Origin: Cyanophora paradoxa CCMP329
Taxonomy: Eukaryota; Plantae; Glaucophyta
Length of the DNA stretch: 64,000 nt
Assembly: GCA_004431415.1 (NCBI GenBank)
Contig: QPMI01000470.1
Span: forward strand, 124,001-188,000
Direction of reading: 5' to 3'
The position numbers were made by a program, and so were the translations under genes. Every line of letters starts with the position of its first letter. The first letter of the stretch is position 1. This document shows positions 46,301 to 60,486 of the stretch, piece by piece. Below the pieces are notes generated by a model. That model saw nothing but the letters and a program-made list of their open reading frames with translations, was not told the origin of the DNA and searched no databases.

Positions 46301-47439
46301 GCTTGCCGTCTGGGGGGGGGGGGAGCGGGGGGTACGGGGTGAGCACGACGGAGAGAGGGCTTCATCTGAGTCGGGTCGTACCGGCGGCGGAGGCGCGGCG
46401 CGGGGAGGGGGGCGACTGCGGCGGGGGGGAGTCCCGCGGAGACCCGGGGGGCGAGTTGCGGGGCGAGTTGCCCTGCCGGCCGCGAGGCGTCGGCAAGAGG
46501 CCGCGAGCGGGTGCAGGAATGGGGGAGGGGTACGAGGCTCACCTTGGGCGGGGAGGCCGGGTCGCGCCGCTTGCGTACCCCCATGTAGTACGCGACGATG
46601 TCCCCCCCCTCCCGCGTGGGCCGGCCGAACGTCTCCATGATCGCCTGCGCCGAAAACCTCTTAGGCGGAGCTCTCGCGGATCCGGCCGGGGGGTACATGT
46701 ACGGCACCTTGATCGTGACCTTGGACTTCTGAACCTGAACCACGTTGCCGCTCTCGGGGTCTGCGCGGCTCAGGCTCAGGTGACGAAGAAGGGGCGGAAA
46801 GGAGAGAGCAGCCGTCTCTGAGGGGGTACGGACCGCTGTAAAACCACCCGACGAGCGCGCCGCCTCTGTACACCAGCGTGTGTGGGATGTAGATGCCAAG
46901 ACTCTGCGCGCCGGGCCGGCCGGCCGGTTTGTCAGGGGGGGCGGGCGGGGCGGGCGGGGAAGCCCGGGGGCGGCCCGGCGCACTGCAGGGTCGAAGTAGC
47001 TTCCGTCCTGCGCGCGCGCGGATCGGCCTGAGGGAGGCGGGCGGCGGAGGCGCAAGCGGCGGGCGGGCGGGGGCGTGCGGACCGCCTTCTTTTTCTGCTG
47101 GCCTGCGGCGCTCATGCGCTGGTGCATGAACTGCAGCAACCGGTCCACTGCAAAGGGCGTAAAGTTAAAGGGAGCGCTCGGATCGCGTCTTGCCACGCTC
47201 AAGGGGGACGCACCGAAGCCGATGGCGTCAGAGTGGGGGCAGTACTGCATGTGGCGCTTCTGGGGCGACTTCTCGTCCTCCACCGAGCTCTCCGTGGCGG
47301 TGTACGAGTACTCGCTGCCTCCGAACGACGACGCGTCGTGGCCGAGGAGCTCGTCAGCTGGGGGCGGCAGGTCGAGGTGCTGCTTGGTCGAAGGCTCGGT
47401 TACCGTCAGAGACGGGCCGTGCAACTGAGTTCCCGCCAT
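43346..47439 (-). CDS. Multi-exon IQ calmodulin-binding motif protein
   Basis: IQ motifs AARRIQGAARSFLARR and AAVRLQAAWRGYAARR; ATG at 47439; spliced reading appears to end ...DLNAPFL* at 43346. Confidence 0.65.
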
Positions 47440-47798
47440 GTCTACTGCGCTCGGCCGGGCGGCCGGCGGGTGCTGCTTTCAGATCGCTGGGACAGTTGGC
47501 TGGTAGCTATGAATAAAAAGCCGTCTGCGGGCGTTTCCCTCGCTGATGGCTCCGGCGGACTCGCTCTTCTTAGCTAAGGACGCTGTTACAGCACGATCTC
47601 CTTGCGAGAGTGGGCTGGCTGAAGGATAAGCGGCGGCGACGGGTACAGTGATCAAGTAGCTGTTGTCCCGCGAAGCACTGGTCGGCCCCGGGCTTCCGGA
47701 AGCCAGAGCACCTCGGCACAGCACCAGCACTTCGATCCTGCGCGGCCTCCGCTAGCTAGCGACTGCGAAGCGGACGCGGGCTGCTGGCCCCCGCAAGC

Positions 47799-50700
47799 AT
47801 GGAGCCGGCGCAGGACGCCCCTCCGAGCGAAGCGCAGCCCGATGGCGGAGAGCAGGCCGCCCCGCCGGCCGAACCGACCGCTCCCGCGCCGCTGGCTGCG
47901 TCGTCCGCGCCAGCCTCGGAGCGGCAGCTGGTGGAGAAGGAGCTGCAGGAGAGCGACGAGCCCGTGGTACGGCCGGGCTCTCCTTCTCCCCCGCGCGGCG
48001 CCCCGCGTGCCGCCCTGAGCCCCGCGCCACACCGCAGGTGCTGGATGTCTTCCACGTCCTGCAGCTGAGCAAGGCGACGGCGCCGCAGGAGGTTCGGAAG
48101 TTCGAGTGCACGAAGAGCAAGGTCAGCGAGATCTGGGGCCTCGCCCACTGCGTCAACCTGCAGCTCCTGTTCCTCGGCAACAGTGCGCCCCGCCGCCCGC
48201 CCGCCCCCGCGCCGCCGCCTGCCATCGCTGACGGGGCGGGCGCCGCGCCGCCGCAGATCTCATCTCGTGGCCCGGCGGCATCGACACGTGCCACGCGCTG
48301 CGGAAGGTCGACCTGCACGGGAACAAGCTGGAGAGCCTGCCGGGCGGGGCCTTCTGGGCGCATCTAAAGCGCCTTGAGGTCCTCTACCTCCACGAGAACT
48401 TCATAAACTCGATGGAGGCCATCGAGGGCCTCGCGGAGTGCCCCGCCCTCGTCGTCCTCACCCTCTACCGCAACCCGATCGCGCTGCACCCCTTCTACCG
48501 CTCCTTCCTCATCAACAACGTCCGGACGCTCCGCGCGCTCGACAACTTCGTCGTTTCGGACGAGGAGTACCTTGCCGACGCGGGGTTCTCCCTCGGCCCC
48601 AAGTACGGCGCGTACAGCGACTCGCTGAAGGTCGCGCAGCCGCCGCAGCGGCGGGGCAGCCTCGTCAGCGACGAGCTGGTGCTGCTGGAGCGCGAGCTGC
48701 TCGCCGTGCGCGAGAAGCGGCGGCTCTTCAGCCCCGTGGCACGCATCCAGTGGGCCGCCCGCATGGTCCTCGCCAAGGCCTTCCGCCGGAAGCTGCGCGC
48801 CGCCCTCCACCGCTCCGCGACGGTCGTGCAAGCGTTCCTCCGCATGCGAACGTTCCGCCGGTCCGTCCGTCCGTCCGCGGACGAACGAACGCTCTCCGGC
48901 CCCCGCTCCGGTACCCCCTGAGCCTCCCCTCCCCGCAGCGCCTTCGTGCGTGACGTCAACGCGCGCTCGATGGCCGTCGCGGAGTCGGCTCTGGCGCGTC
49001 GTACCCCCCCCGCCTTGATTTCCGTACCCCTCCCCTGAACCCGCAACTCGTAGGGCGCGTACGCGCGGGCGGCGCCGCCCCCCGCGGGGGGGAGGCGCCC
49101 TTCCCTCTCCGCCCCAGAGCGGCCCTACGTCTACTCGGGGGTGCGGCCCACACACGGCCCCACGCCGCCCCCGCCGTAATCGACCCCCCCGGATCCGAAC
49201 CGGCGCCCGCAGGCCTTCGTGATCGATGACGCTGTCATGAAGCCGGGCATCCGGTGCGGCTTTCTCTCAACGAGGAAACCCTCCCGCCCGGATTCGAACC
49301 CGCGTCTTGCAGGGAGCCCCAGGACGCGGTGTACTGCCTCCCCGTGATGGGGTACGTCCTCGCGGAGCTCATGAAGCTCGCCCGCTGGGGCGGTACCCCC
49401 GATTCCCCCGCCTTCGGTGCCCCTACCCTCCTGCCCTCCCCAAGCCCAACCCCCCCTGACTCCGCGCAGGCGAGCCGGTTGTTTTCGACCGGACGGACCT
49501 TTTCGTTCTCCGGGGGGTAGTGGAGGACCGCCTGCGGGCGCCGCATCCCCCCCCGGGGGCTACCGCCACTTCCGCCGCCTCGTCCCTGCTGGCCGGGGCC
49601 TTTTTCCGCCGGGAGCACCCTTTGCGCACCCCCGAGCAGCTTCTGTCCCTCCACCGCCTCCGCGCGGCCCCGCCGGCCCCGGGCGCCGGCCCCGCGCTGC
49701 TGCCCAGGCGGCGGGCCCCGCCCCCGAGCCGCCGCCTCCGGGCGCGCTTCCTGGAAGCCCTGGAGAAGTCCGCGGCCGCCCGGGACGCCCCCGACCCCGT
49801 CGCCTTCGCATCCAACGAGTTCGTCACGGGGGGTACGCGCCTCCTCCGGCTTCGCGTACCCTCCCCCGGCGCCCTCGTCCGCCTTGCCCAGGTCCGCCCG
49901 GCCCGGCCCGGCCCGGCCCGGCCCTGCCCGGCTCGTCCTCATGTACCCCCTCCCTTCGTTCGCAGCTGGTGCAGCTCTACAACGCGCGGCGGCTCGACGA
50001 GGGCATCCAGCACCTCCTCCCGGACTCGGCCTACGTACCCCGCCAGGCGCGCGCGCCCTTCCCCTCCCCTCTCTCTCCCTCCCTCTCAGCCTCGCTTCCC
50101 CTTAGGTCTGCGTGATCCCGATGCCGCTGCTGAGGCACTCCCTGGCGGCGCTCTCGATCCAGTCGGCGTGGCGAGCCCACCGCTCCCGCGCCCGGTCCGC
50201 GCTCTTGGTCCTCCTCCTCGCCCGTCCCTGGCTTCTCACAGCTGTACCCACGCAGGCTCCGCCCGACGCTTTACGAGCGGCTGGCGCACGCGCGGGCGGC
50301 CTCCCGCATCCAGCGGGCCTTCCGCGCGCACCTCCTCCGCTCCCGCCTCGCGATGCTGGAGGAGCTGAACGCAGTCCTCCGCTCCGTCCAATCCCGCTAC
50401 GTGCGCCGAACTCTTGAATTCAAAATTTCGACGTTTTGAATTCGAACTTTCGAATTTTTGAAACTTTTCGCCGCAGTTCTTCCTGGAGCAGGGCGACTTC
50501 GAGCGGCTACGGGACGCGCGGGCGTACCCCCGGCGCTCCGGGTTCCCCGAGCACCGCGTCGTCTTCCGCTTCTCGGAGGATGGCGGGCGCCTCACCGTCG
50601 ACCGGCCCAGGGCAAGTCCTTTCCCTCTCTTTCTCGAGTCTTTCTCTGCGAGCTCACTGTGCATTAGAACGCGGAGGAGCGCCTGCTCCCCTCGTGGCTG

Positions 50701-53700
50701 AAGTGCAGCCTGCCCGCCGCCGCGCCCGACGACCGCGGTGCGCGCATGCGGGCCGAGGCGCTCTGAGCTTATCCGACCCGACTCGCGCGCCGCTGACGGG
50801 CCGGCCGCGCCCGCAGCCACGCCGACCGCGCCGCCGGGGGAGTACCCCGGTCTGATTCTGACGGGTACGTACGTGACCGCGGTGACCTACGGCACGGCTA
50901 TGGAGGCGGGGCTCATGCTCGAGAGGCGCGTACCCCGGCGCGAAAGAAAAACGGAAATGGCGTACCCTGACCTTCGTTCGCGTACGCAGGACGGGGAGCG
51001 TGGTGCGGCAGTGGTCGAGGGCGCTGGTGATGGTCCAGTGCGGCAGCGCCCTGGACGGTGAGTTAGTTTATTTCCTCGACGGGGCTCGAACCCGCATCGC
51101 TCTGACGCGAGACGCGCCGCAGCGCGGGCTCGTATCGCTCTGCTCACCGTCCGGACGTGGGACCCTCTTCGAAAGGCCTACCTCCAGGCGAGCGCGCCGT
51201 ACCCCCCGGCCTTCCCCCCCCCCCCGAACCAGGCCGGGGTACGCAGGTGATCACGCTCGAGACGCTACGACGCATCGAGGCCTCCATCGTCGTCCAGAAG
51301 TACTGGAGGGCGCGTACCCTCCTCCCTCCGGAATCTTTGTACCCCCTCGAGCCCCTAGCAGGGGTACTGGACGCGTAAGACGCGGTTCCGCGTGGACACG
51401 CGGGCCCTCTTCGAGCGCCTCGAGCGCGACATCCTGAAGCCCGTCGTACCCCTGGTGCGGGCCGGGCGGACGTACCCCCATGATTCCCCCCCCCCTCTAA
51501 CCGCAGGCAGGTTACCGCGATCGAGCTTGAGAGGCCGGCGGCCCCCGAGGAGAACGCAGAGCCAACGGAGGCCGACATCGCCCGCGCCGCGGTACCCCCC
51601 CCCCCCGCGCCGCGCTCCACCGGGGGGTACACGCGCCCGGGCCGAGCGGCGGAGCCGGCCGGCAGGTGCGGGCGGAGCGGGCGGAGCGGGAGCGGCGGGA
51701 GGCAGAGGAGCGGGCGGCGGCGGAGCGGCGCCGCCTCGCGGACGAAGCGGAGCGCGCCCGGCGGGCCAAGGCGCGCCGGCGTACCCCCCGCGCCTTCGCC
51801 CCCCCCCCCAATCGCTCACTTCGTTCGCAGCTCGGGGACTCCCCGCTGCCGCTGGAGGGCGCCGCGCCGCCGGCGCTGAGGCAGCCGCTGACGGCGGTCG
51901 AGCTGGAAGCCATGAAGCTCGCCGAGGTCGGTACCCCCCTCCTTTCCTTTTTCTTCCTTTTCTTTCCTTATCCTTCCTTCCTTCAGGTCGGGGCGATGCG
52001 CGAGGAGATGAAGGCGGCTCTCGCTCAGCTCCAGATCAACCGCGAGGTCGAGCAGCTCCAGCTGCAGGCGGCCGCGCGCCTCATCGGGCGGGCCACGGGG
52101 AGCCTAGAGCAGCGCCAGGAGCTGCTACGGCTGACCAACGCCGCGAACGAGGACCCGCTGGAGGTGGCGCGGCGGGCCGAGCGGGAGCGGATCGCCCGGG
52201 AGCGGTACCTGCAGGAGGAGGCCGAGCTTGCCGCCGTCCAGGTGCGTGCGGGACCCGGGTTCGAATCCGGCCGGGGGCATTTTCCCTTCCGCCGACCCCG
52301 CTCCGTTCGCAGGCCCGGAGAGAAGCCATGCGGGAAGCCCACGAGGAGGCCCAGCGTCTCCAGATGGTGCGGGATTCGATCCGGGGCGCCGGATCAAATT
52401 GTATCTTTCTTTCTGACGCCCGGCGGCGCAGGAGGAGAAGGCGGCTGCGGCGGCGCGGGGCCGGGCAGAGCGCGAGGCACTGGGGCGCTCGGTTATGATC
52501 CGCGACGCGGAGAACGCGCGCTGGGTACGGCGCTCTTGCTTTCGCCCCTGTCTGTCCTTTCTTCCCTTCTGACTCCTTTCCTTTCCCAAGGCTCGCGAGC
52601 TGAAGCGGATGGCGAAGACGTGGGGCGCCCAGCGGGACGCCCGCAGCAACGAGGCGGCCTTCGAGGCGGCATTCAGGCGGCACCACAACCTCGTCTCCAA
52701 GCACCTCACTAAAAATAGCCACGCGGCGTACCGCGCCGAGCTGGGCTTGGAGGGCCGCCTCACCGTCCAGGAGCAGCGGGCGAGCGTTCCCCCCCCGCCC
52801 CCCCCCGGTTCCTCTCGGTTCCAGCCGCTCAGACGAACGGACAGGCGAACGGGGAGGCGAGGAAGGCGGACCTGACCGCGCTGCACGAGGAGAAGCGGGC
52901 GTGGCTCAAGAGCAGCACGGCGGCCGCCGAGGCCTCCGCCCGCGCCCGCTACCAGCAGGCGCGCCCCTCCTTCCCTTTCCCTTTTTTTCTTTTCCTTTCC
53001 TTTTCTTACGGCGGGCAGGTCATCGCGCGGGTACACCAAGAGCGGGAGACGGTCCTCAGGGACCGCGTCGAGGCCGAACGCTCCCGGGTTCGAATCCCGC
53101 GGGCGCCGCTCCGCTCCTGTCCCTGCGGCTCACGCCCCGCGCAGCGACTGCCCCTCGGGCCGGACACGATGGTCGGCTCCCTCCGCCCCCCCCGGAATCC
53201 GAAGCTCGCGTACCCCCTCAACCCCGTCATCAGCAAGAGCGGTGCGGGTGTACCCCGCCGGAGCTCCACCCCCGCCTCGCTCAGTTTCGCCCTGCAGACC
53301 CCCGCTACTACCTGCCTCGCCCCCCCTCGACCGCGTCGCTGCCCCCTGTACCCCACAACGCCGCCACGACGCTCCCGGACATCTTTGGCGGCCCCACCGG
53401 CTCGCGCCCCGGCTCTACCCCCACCGTCATCCCCTCCGTCACGCCCTCTACCCCCGCCGCGACCACGCCCAACCCCATTCCCGCCGAGCCCAGCGCAGCC
53501 GCCGCCGGCCCCACGCCGCCCCCTTACCCCCAGCAGCCGTACCCCCCTCCGTACCCCCCTCCGTTCCCGCCGCAGTACGCCTACGCCCTCAACGGCGCGC
53601 CCCCGCCTCCCGACCCGTCGTACCCCTACCCGTACCCGTACCCCTACCCCTACCCGCAACCCGGCGCCCACCCAGGGGTGTACGGATTCCCCCAGGCGCA

Positions 53701-54055
53701 CGCCGCGCCGTACCCCGCCATGCCGGGCCAATACCCCCCTCTCCCGCCCCCGCCCTACGGGCCCCCTGGCCATGCCGCCCCCTCCTACTACCCTCCGTAC
53801 CCCTACCCGCAGCAGCGGACGCCGGACCCCAGTGCCTGGGCCGGCCCGGCGGCGGACTCGACCCCTCCCGGCGCCCTGCAGGCCGCCGCCGCCGCCGCCG
53901 GTATCCCCCCGCCGGACGCGGACGACATGGAGCTGGCGGAGGCCCAGCGGATGCTACTGGAGCGCCAGCATCTTTACGCCGCGGAGCAGCCCCCGCCCGC
54001 CGCCGCCGCCGCTGGGGCGGGCGACCCCGGGAGCCCCGTAAGCCCCCCGTCTTAA
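47799..54055 (+). CDS. Leucine-rich repeat and IQ-domain protein (LRRIQ3-like), multi-exon
   Basis: 'LRKVDLHGNKLESLPGGAFWAHLKRLEVLYLHEN...LTLYRNPI...YRSFLINNVRTLRALDNFVVSDEE' closely follows the LRRIQ3 N-terminus. Several IQ-like motifs, a coiled coil and a Pro/Tyr-rich tail follow. Confidence 0.8.
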
Positions 54056-54569
54056 ACGCCGCCTCGCTTCGGCGCCGCTCCTCACGCGAGGGCACGCGCA
54101 GGCTCACTCGGACGGCGCGGCCTCCGGATCGATGTCGGGGGCGGGGCGGCCGCCCTCCCATCGCTCCGACGAGGGCAGCATAAGCTTCCGCACTCGGACG
54201 CCCCCCACTAACCGCGGGCCAACGCCACCCGCCGTGGCCACTTGAGCGGCCCTACTGTCCTGATTCCTGAATTCGAATGTTCGATAGTGGACTTCGATAG
54301 CTAGGGCCCGTGCAGAAAGGAATGAAAAGGAATAGCGAGAGGCGCCTCGCCTTGCAGCCCCGACCACCACTACGTGCACGCATGCGCCCCTGCGCCCCCG
54401 CGCCCCCGCGCCCCCGCGGCGGGCTCTGACCCTCCGGCTTGCAAAACAGTCGGTTCATTGATGCACAAAGCAGGCTGGCTGTTGCTGCACCGACTGCACA
54501 ACGCTGTGCGGTTGTTCCTGTGTGTGAGCTTTCGCGCCCTGGCTGGGCTGATCTGAGGGGCCGGGCGGA

Positions 54570-55782
54570 TCATTCATCCTCCTGCTGCTGCACGTAGAGG
54601 TTGATCTCGTCCTCTATGGCGAACAGGTCGACGCCGGCGAGCGGGTTCTCCGGGTCGTACGGCGTCCCGAGGCTCGCGCGGAATCCGGGCTCAATCTCGC
54701 CTGCGCGCACGCGAGCGCATGCGCATCAGCGAGGTGCGCGATGAGGGCGTGCGCTGCCGAGGGCGAGGCGAACCGAGGCGGTACACGCTGCCCGAGTAGG
54801 TGGTGACCAGACGACCTTGCGCGAAGACGATGGGCGACGTCTGGATCATGCCGTTCTCCGCGGCACCCTCAACTGCGGTGAGGACGAGATGTGAGGCGGC
54901 GGCCGAGGAAGAGAAGGAGCCGGGGAGCGTCGCGCGATCAATTCACGAACCTCGCTCGATGTACTCCTGTGTGATGTTCGCGGTAACGCCGTGGATCTTC
55001 TTACTTGACCACTCGAAGTACCACTCGTTGATGACCGCGCGGGGCGCGGCTGCAGGCACGTCAGGCGCGGCAGTTGACGCGGGAAGCGCGGGAGTGCACC
55101 TGTGGAAGGGCCGGGGGGAATGCGGGACTGGAAGTTGCGAGGAATGCGGACAGCGGGCTGCTCCATGCGCCGCAGCGGGCCGCGCTTCATGAGGGAGACG
55201 GGAGGGGTCATTGTGTGGAAGGACTTTCGGCAGAGCGGGCAGCTCTCGTTCGGGCCGTTCTCAATCGACTGCTTGATGCATTTGAAGTGGTACTGGTGAC
55301 CTGCACAACGGTTTGGCAACGGCACGAGATCACCTTGACCGCAACCGCGCACCACACTCGGTTGTGAACATTGCCTTGCCCGCCAGCGGCTCTAAGCAAA
55401 TGGGGCACGAGTCCTTGTCGAATTCGGCTGCAGAAAAGCATAAAGAAGCGCCTTGCAACGGCTGGGCATGCGGCGAACGCACGCTCGGGCTCCTCGGGCG
55501 CCTTACGCTTCCCGCTCTTTTTGCACTTCGAACTGCCCTCCTGCACCTCTTCGACTGCCGCATCTGCTGCTTTACAGCCGGATAAGTCGAGAGTATGCAT
55601 GTGATCAAACACACGGGCACACCAGAGTCGCCTGCTTCACTCTTCGGGCCAGACTTGCTCTTCTCCTTGCGGCGAGAGCCCTTGGCCGCCGCCCTCGACG
55701 CTGGACGCTCTGCTGAGCTTGCGGGTGTCTCTGCTGGTGCCTCCGCTGCCTCCACCTCGGCCCGCCGCGTGGTTCGTGGCAT
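54570..55782 (-). CDS. RING-H2 (C3H2C3) finger protein, multi-exon
   Basis: Spliced reading gives CPICLEPL...TEC|GHQYHFKCIKQ...SCPLCRK across a GT-AG intron; ATG at 55782, TGA at 54570-54572. Confidence 0.85.
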
Positions 55783-55980
55783 CGCAAAAAGCCGTTCAAA
55801 CTCTTCTCTGACGGGGGGCGGAATGTAAGGGGGATACCGCCACACCAGAACTTGGGCGCGAGGATGGGAAGCTGACCGACAGCTTCTCGCGTGCTCCGGG
55901 CTCCCGTTTGGCATTGGGAGCGAGCGAGCCGCAGCGCAGCCCTGCCGGGCGCCGCGGGCCTCACCACCGGCGAAGCAAGC

Positions 55981-58900
55981 ATGGGCAAGGAGCGCGGCGA
56001 GCGCGCGGCGGCGCGCGAGCTCGAAGAGCCCGTCTACTTCCGCGGATCGCCCGTGATCGACGTCAGCGACGATGAGCAAGGGTCGCGGGTCGGCGGTTCC
56101 GCATCCGAGCGCACAGCCTCGCCCTTCGGCGCTCGCGTGCTGCGCCGTGGGGCTCATACTGGCGTCGGCAATGGCGAGCGCGCGGAAGGAGCGCCGGCGG
56201 GCCCGCCCGCGAAGCGGCGGCGGGCGGAGGACGGGGCGGCGGACGTGCCGGCGTCGGACGCGTCGGAGCGCGCGTGCGCGCTGCTCGGGAGCCTCCTGCC
56301 GTCTCTGGAGGCGCAGCAGGCGCCCGCGCCTTTCCCCGGCGCGCTCGGAGCCTTCCTGGCGGACCTCGCGGCCCGCCGGAGCGCGGCGCCGCCCATGTTC
56401 GGCTGCTACGTCCTCCGCGAGTGGCGGAAGCTCTCCTCCGGTCCCGGGGCCCAGTTCCCGGGGGGGTACCCCGGCTTCTCATCCCTCCTGGCCGCCTCCC
56501 TGCGCCTCTTCCCCGACCGAATCGCGCCCGTCGCCGTCAGCCGCGGCCGCATCCACGTGGCCCTGTACCCCCCGGACGCCCCGCCCGGCCCCGGGGCGCG
56601 GCGCCTCCCGCCACCCTCCTCGGAGGCAGAACTGCGAGGGTACGCGGAGGCGGTGCTCCGCGAGCTCCGCGCCGACCTCGGCGACGACTCGCCCGTACCC
56701 CCCGCGGCCTTCGAGGAGGCGTGGGCCGCCGTCATGGGGGGTACGTCGTTCCTGGACGACTGGGCGCGGGTTAGCGTCCCGCCGCCGCATGTACCCCCGC
56801 GCGGGGCGGCCGACGTGTACCCGGACTTGTTCACTCCCGCCCCGCCGGACCGCGGCGCGCCCTCTTCCCCCGCCCCCCTCGCCTCGGAGCCGTCGTACCC
56901 CCGTGAAAACGGGACGCCTCGGCCGCCGCCAGCCTCCCAGCGGGCCGCGCCGTCCCCGCGCGAGGCCCGCGCCCCCCGCGGCGCCGCAGCGCCTCGCCCC
57001 CGGCCCCGCGCAAGCGCAGCCGCAGCCGCAGCCCTCCCCGACGCTCCCGATCCCGTACCCCCCCTTCCTCGCGCGCCCGCCGGTCCCCAGGGCGCTGGCG
57101 ATCGTCCCCCTCCCCCTCCCCGTCGTCACGCCGCCTCTCGTCCCCCGCCCGCCGGCCGGACGCGCTGCCCTACATCACCCTGCTCTCCAGGGTCCGTTGT
57201 TCCTTGTTCTTCTTCTCTCCTCCGGCCGGCCTGCAAACGCCGCCCGCTCCCGCAGGAAGTACACGCGTGCCTTGCAGCGGCCTCCCTTCGTCTCGAGCGG
57301 GACTGGCTTACCGTCGCCGAGGCGCGCGCGCGCGCCCGACTCCCGCCCCGCCTCAAGCTTAGGCGCCCGGCCGCGCAGCTGGAGGAGGAGTGGCGGAGGC
57401 GAGGGGAGAGCGCGCGTGTACCCCTGCCGCTCGCCCTAACGGTCCTCCGCCCCCGCCCCCTCCCGTCCCATCCCGTCCTGTCTTCTTCTCCCGTCCGGTG
57501 ACGCTCGATACGCAGGTGGGCGGGCTGGTGAGGAAGCGTTCCTCCGAAGGGGAACGCGCCAACGCCGCCAGCCGCCTCGTCGAGGGGGCTTCCTACAGCG
57601 CGGGGGTACGCAAGATCGGCCACGAGCACGCCTCGAAGGATTCGAAAGAGAAGGAGAGGCAGTACCCCTGCTTCGTCCTGGAGCGGGGGGTACGCCCCCA
57701 AGACAAAGAGGCGCTCCGCGGCCTCGCCAAGGAGGTCCGTACCCCCCTCCTCCTCCTCCCCCCCCCGTCGAGCCCCGCGGCAGGCCGAGGAGGGGTACCG
57801 CGCCGGCTCGGCCCTCGCCGCGTGCGCTCTCTGTGGGCCCTCCGCTGCCTTTGTTCGCTCTCTCTCTCTGAGGCCGCGGGGGGGTACAGGGTACAGGAGG
57901 CCGCGTGGCTCCTCTCGAGCGCCGCGCTCCGGCTCCTTCCCCCCGGCGACCGCGGCTGCGCCGAAAGCGCCCCTACCCCGCCCGCCGGCGAGCCCCGGCC
58001 CACCCCGTCCCCCCCCCCAAAGCTTACGGGGCGGGCCGGCAGAGGCGGCGCCGGTGGCGGAGCGCGCCAAGGCAGAGCTGGCCGCCCGCTGCGGGGGGGA
58101 GAAGCCGGAGCCGTGGAGCGCCCTCGCCCGCCGCGCAGCTGACTCCGCCTCCCGCCGGAAGGGGCCCGCCGAGCTCGACGAGCTGGTGCCGTACCCCCAC
58201 CCCCCGCATTCTCCAGCCGCAGTACCCCCTCACTGCATCCCCTCCTGTCCGCAGGCCTCGTCGATGCCTGCGACGGTCCGAGAGGCGCTGGAACAGCTCT
58301 GCCCTGCCTTTGGGCGGGCGTCCGAGCCGGCGGCAGCGGCGGCGCGGCCCGAGCCGGGGCCGGCGCCCGTGCACCCCCTGGCCCGCCTTCAGCGTACCCT
58401 CCTCGTCGCCCTGCAGCACTTCGCGGCCCGCCTCGACCTCACCGCGAAGGGCGTCGACTCGACATCGTGCGGCCCCGTACCCCCGGGCCCATCTCCCCCC
58501 CCCTCCCCCCTTTACGAGCGCCCCGCGCGCAGGCTCGGGGCCCGCTGGGCGGAGGAGGGGAAGCCCGGGGAAAAGAGTTGGCGCACGGCCTTCCGCGCGG
58601 TCCGAATTCGCGTACCCCTCCCCCCGCATCCATCCCTTTGCGAGATCCGACCCCCCCCCCCTCTCCCAGGCTATGTTGCAAGCCCCCGAGGAGGAGGGGG
58701 AGGTCCTCCCGTGCGCGTACCCCCCGGCGACTTCTCCCCCCCGCTGAGCCGTACCCAGGGCGGGGCCGTTCCCGGGGCACTCGGCGAAGATCGGAGAGGC
58801 GGTCCGGTGGCTCCTATCGCCCCTCGGCATAGTCGCAAAGGACTGGTGCATCCCGAAGTCGGTCATGCGTGCGTGTACCCCCCCTCCGCGCGCTCTTGCC

Positions 58901-60453
58901 CCCCCTTCCTTCCACCAAATGGTTCCGTTCGCAGTGCGCTTCGAGGCACCTCGGGGGTACACCATCCAGGAGCACGTTGAGAAGCTCCTGGGGCGACGGG
59001 GGCCCTTACCCCTCCCCTGCAAGTCTTTCGAACCCGGCCCCGTCCGATGCGGCGGCGGGAAATGGGGTACCCGGGATCCGATGCCGATGCCGATACCCCC
59101 GGCGCCCGCCGCCCCCCCGACGCCGGCGGCCGACACCGCTGCCCCGAAACGCGGCGCCGGTCTCCTGGGCGCGGCGCCGGAAGCGGCGCCGGCGGCCCCT
59201 GCTCCCGAGCGGGCGAGCCGAGGGGGGCCTAGGCTGGGGGGGTACGGCCTGCTCGGCAGCTCCCCGTCGCCGCCCACGGCCGGGGCCGCCGGGCCCGAGC
59301 GGGGCCGTACCCCGTCCCTGGGAGGCGGTAACCCCGCCCCGCGCCCCGCGCCCGACCCGCGGGACCGGTGGGATCCCACCAGCCTCCCGGCCCGCCCGCG
59401 CCTCGGCCCGGCCCCCACGCCCGAGCCGACGCCCGCTTCGCCCCCGCCGCCCCCCGTCCCCTTGACCCCTCCGCCCTCCCATCGGCCCCGCCCCCGCCCG
59501 CCGACTCCGCCGCCCCCGCCCTTCGGCCCCCGCCCCGTCCCACAAGCTATCGCTGTCCCCGCCCGAGTCTCGGCAGGCGTCCCCCGCCCCAACTCCCAAG
59601 AGAGGGACCTCCGCGGAGGACGAGCGCGTGCCGGTACCCCCCGCGAAGGTGACGTCACGCCCGGCCCAACCCCGTACCCCCCTCCCTTTCTCAGACGGCG
59701 GCACAGGCCCCGCCGGTCCCGAGGCGGGTCGTCCCTCAGCCCGCGCGTCCTTCTCGCTCTCATTCCCAGCCTTCGCCGCCCCGGCCGCCCCAGCCCGGCG
59801 GCCCCCTCCACCCCCGGCCCCGCCCCCGGCCCCGCACCCGCCGCCTCCCCACCGCCCCCGCCGGCCCCGACGGCCCGCGCCTTCCCTTGCGGCCCGCGCG
59901 CCTCGGGCGAGCGGGCGCTGCTGCAGCCGCCGCGGCGCAGCGTCGAGCTGCGCCGCCTGCGGGCGGCCGCCGTCGCGCCGCCGGCCCCGTCCCTCGCCGC
60001 CCCCCCCTCCCCGCCGCGCCTCTCGGACGCGCCTTTCGGTCCCGGTCCCGCCCGTCCCTTTCTGGAGGAGCAGAGCCCGTCCCTTTCCGGCGCCGCGCGC
60101 CCCCCGAATCCCTCGCCCGCCGTCCCCGCGGCAGCCAGCAGCGAGGTGCGGGCCCGCCGGCGCCGTTTTGAAGCTTCTTAGAAGCTCCCATCCCAAAGCT
60201 TCTTATAAGCTTCCGGGCCTTCCCAAAGCTTCCTACAAACTCTTCTTCGTCTTCCTCGTCTTCCAAAGCTGAAGGCTGCGGAGCACGCGCAGGAGGCGGG
60301 GGCGCTGGCGCTGCGGCGGGAGCTGCGGGCGTACCTGCTGGCGGCGGCGCGGCAGAAGGCGGCGGAGGCGCGGCGGGCGGGGCTCGGGCCCCCGAAGCTC
60401 ACCGACGTCGCCGAGGCCTGGTCGGTGGTCCGCCTATCCATTATTATATCTAT

Positions 60454-60486
<33 letters not shown>

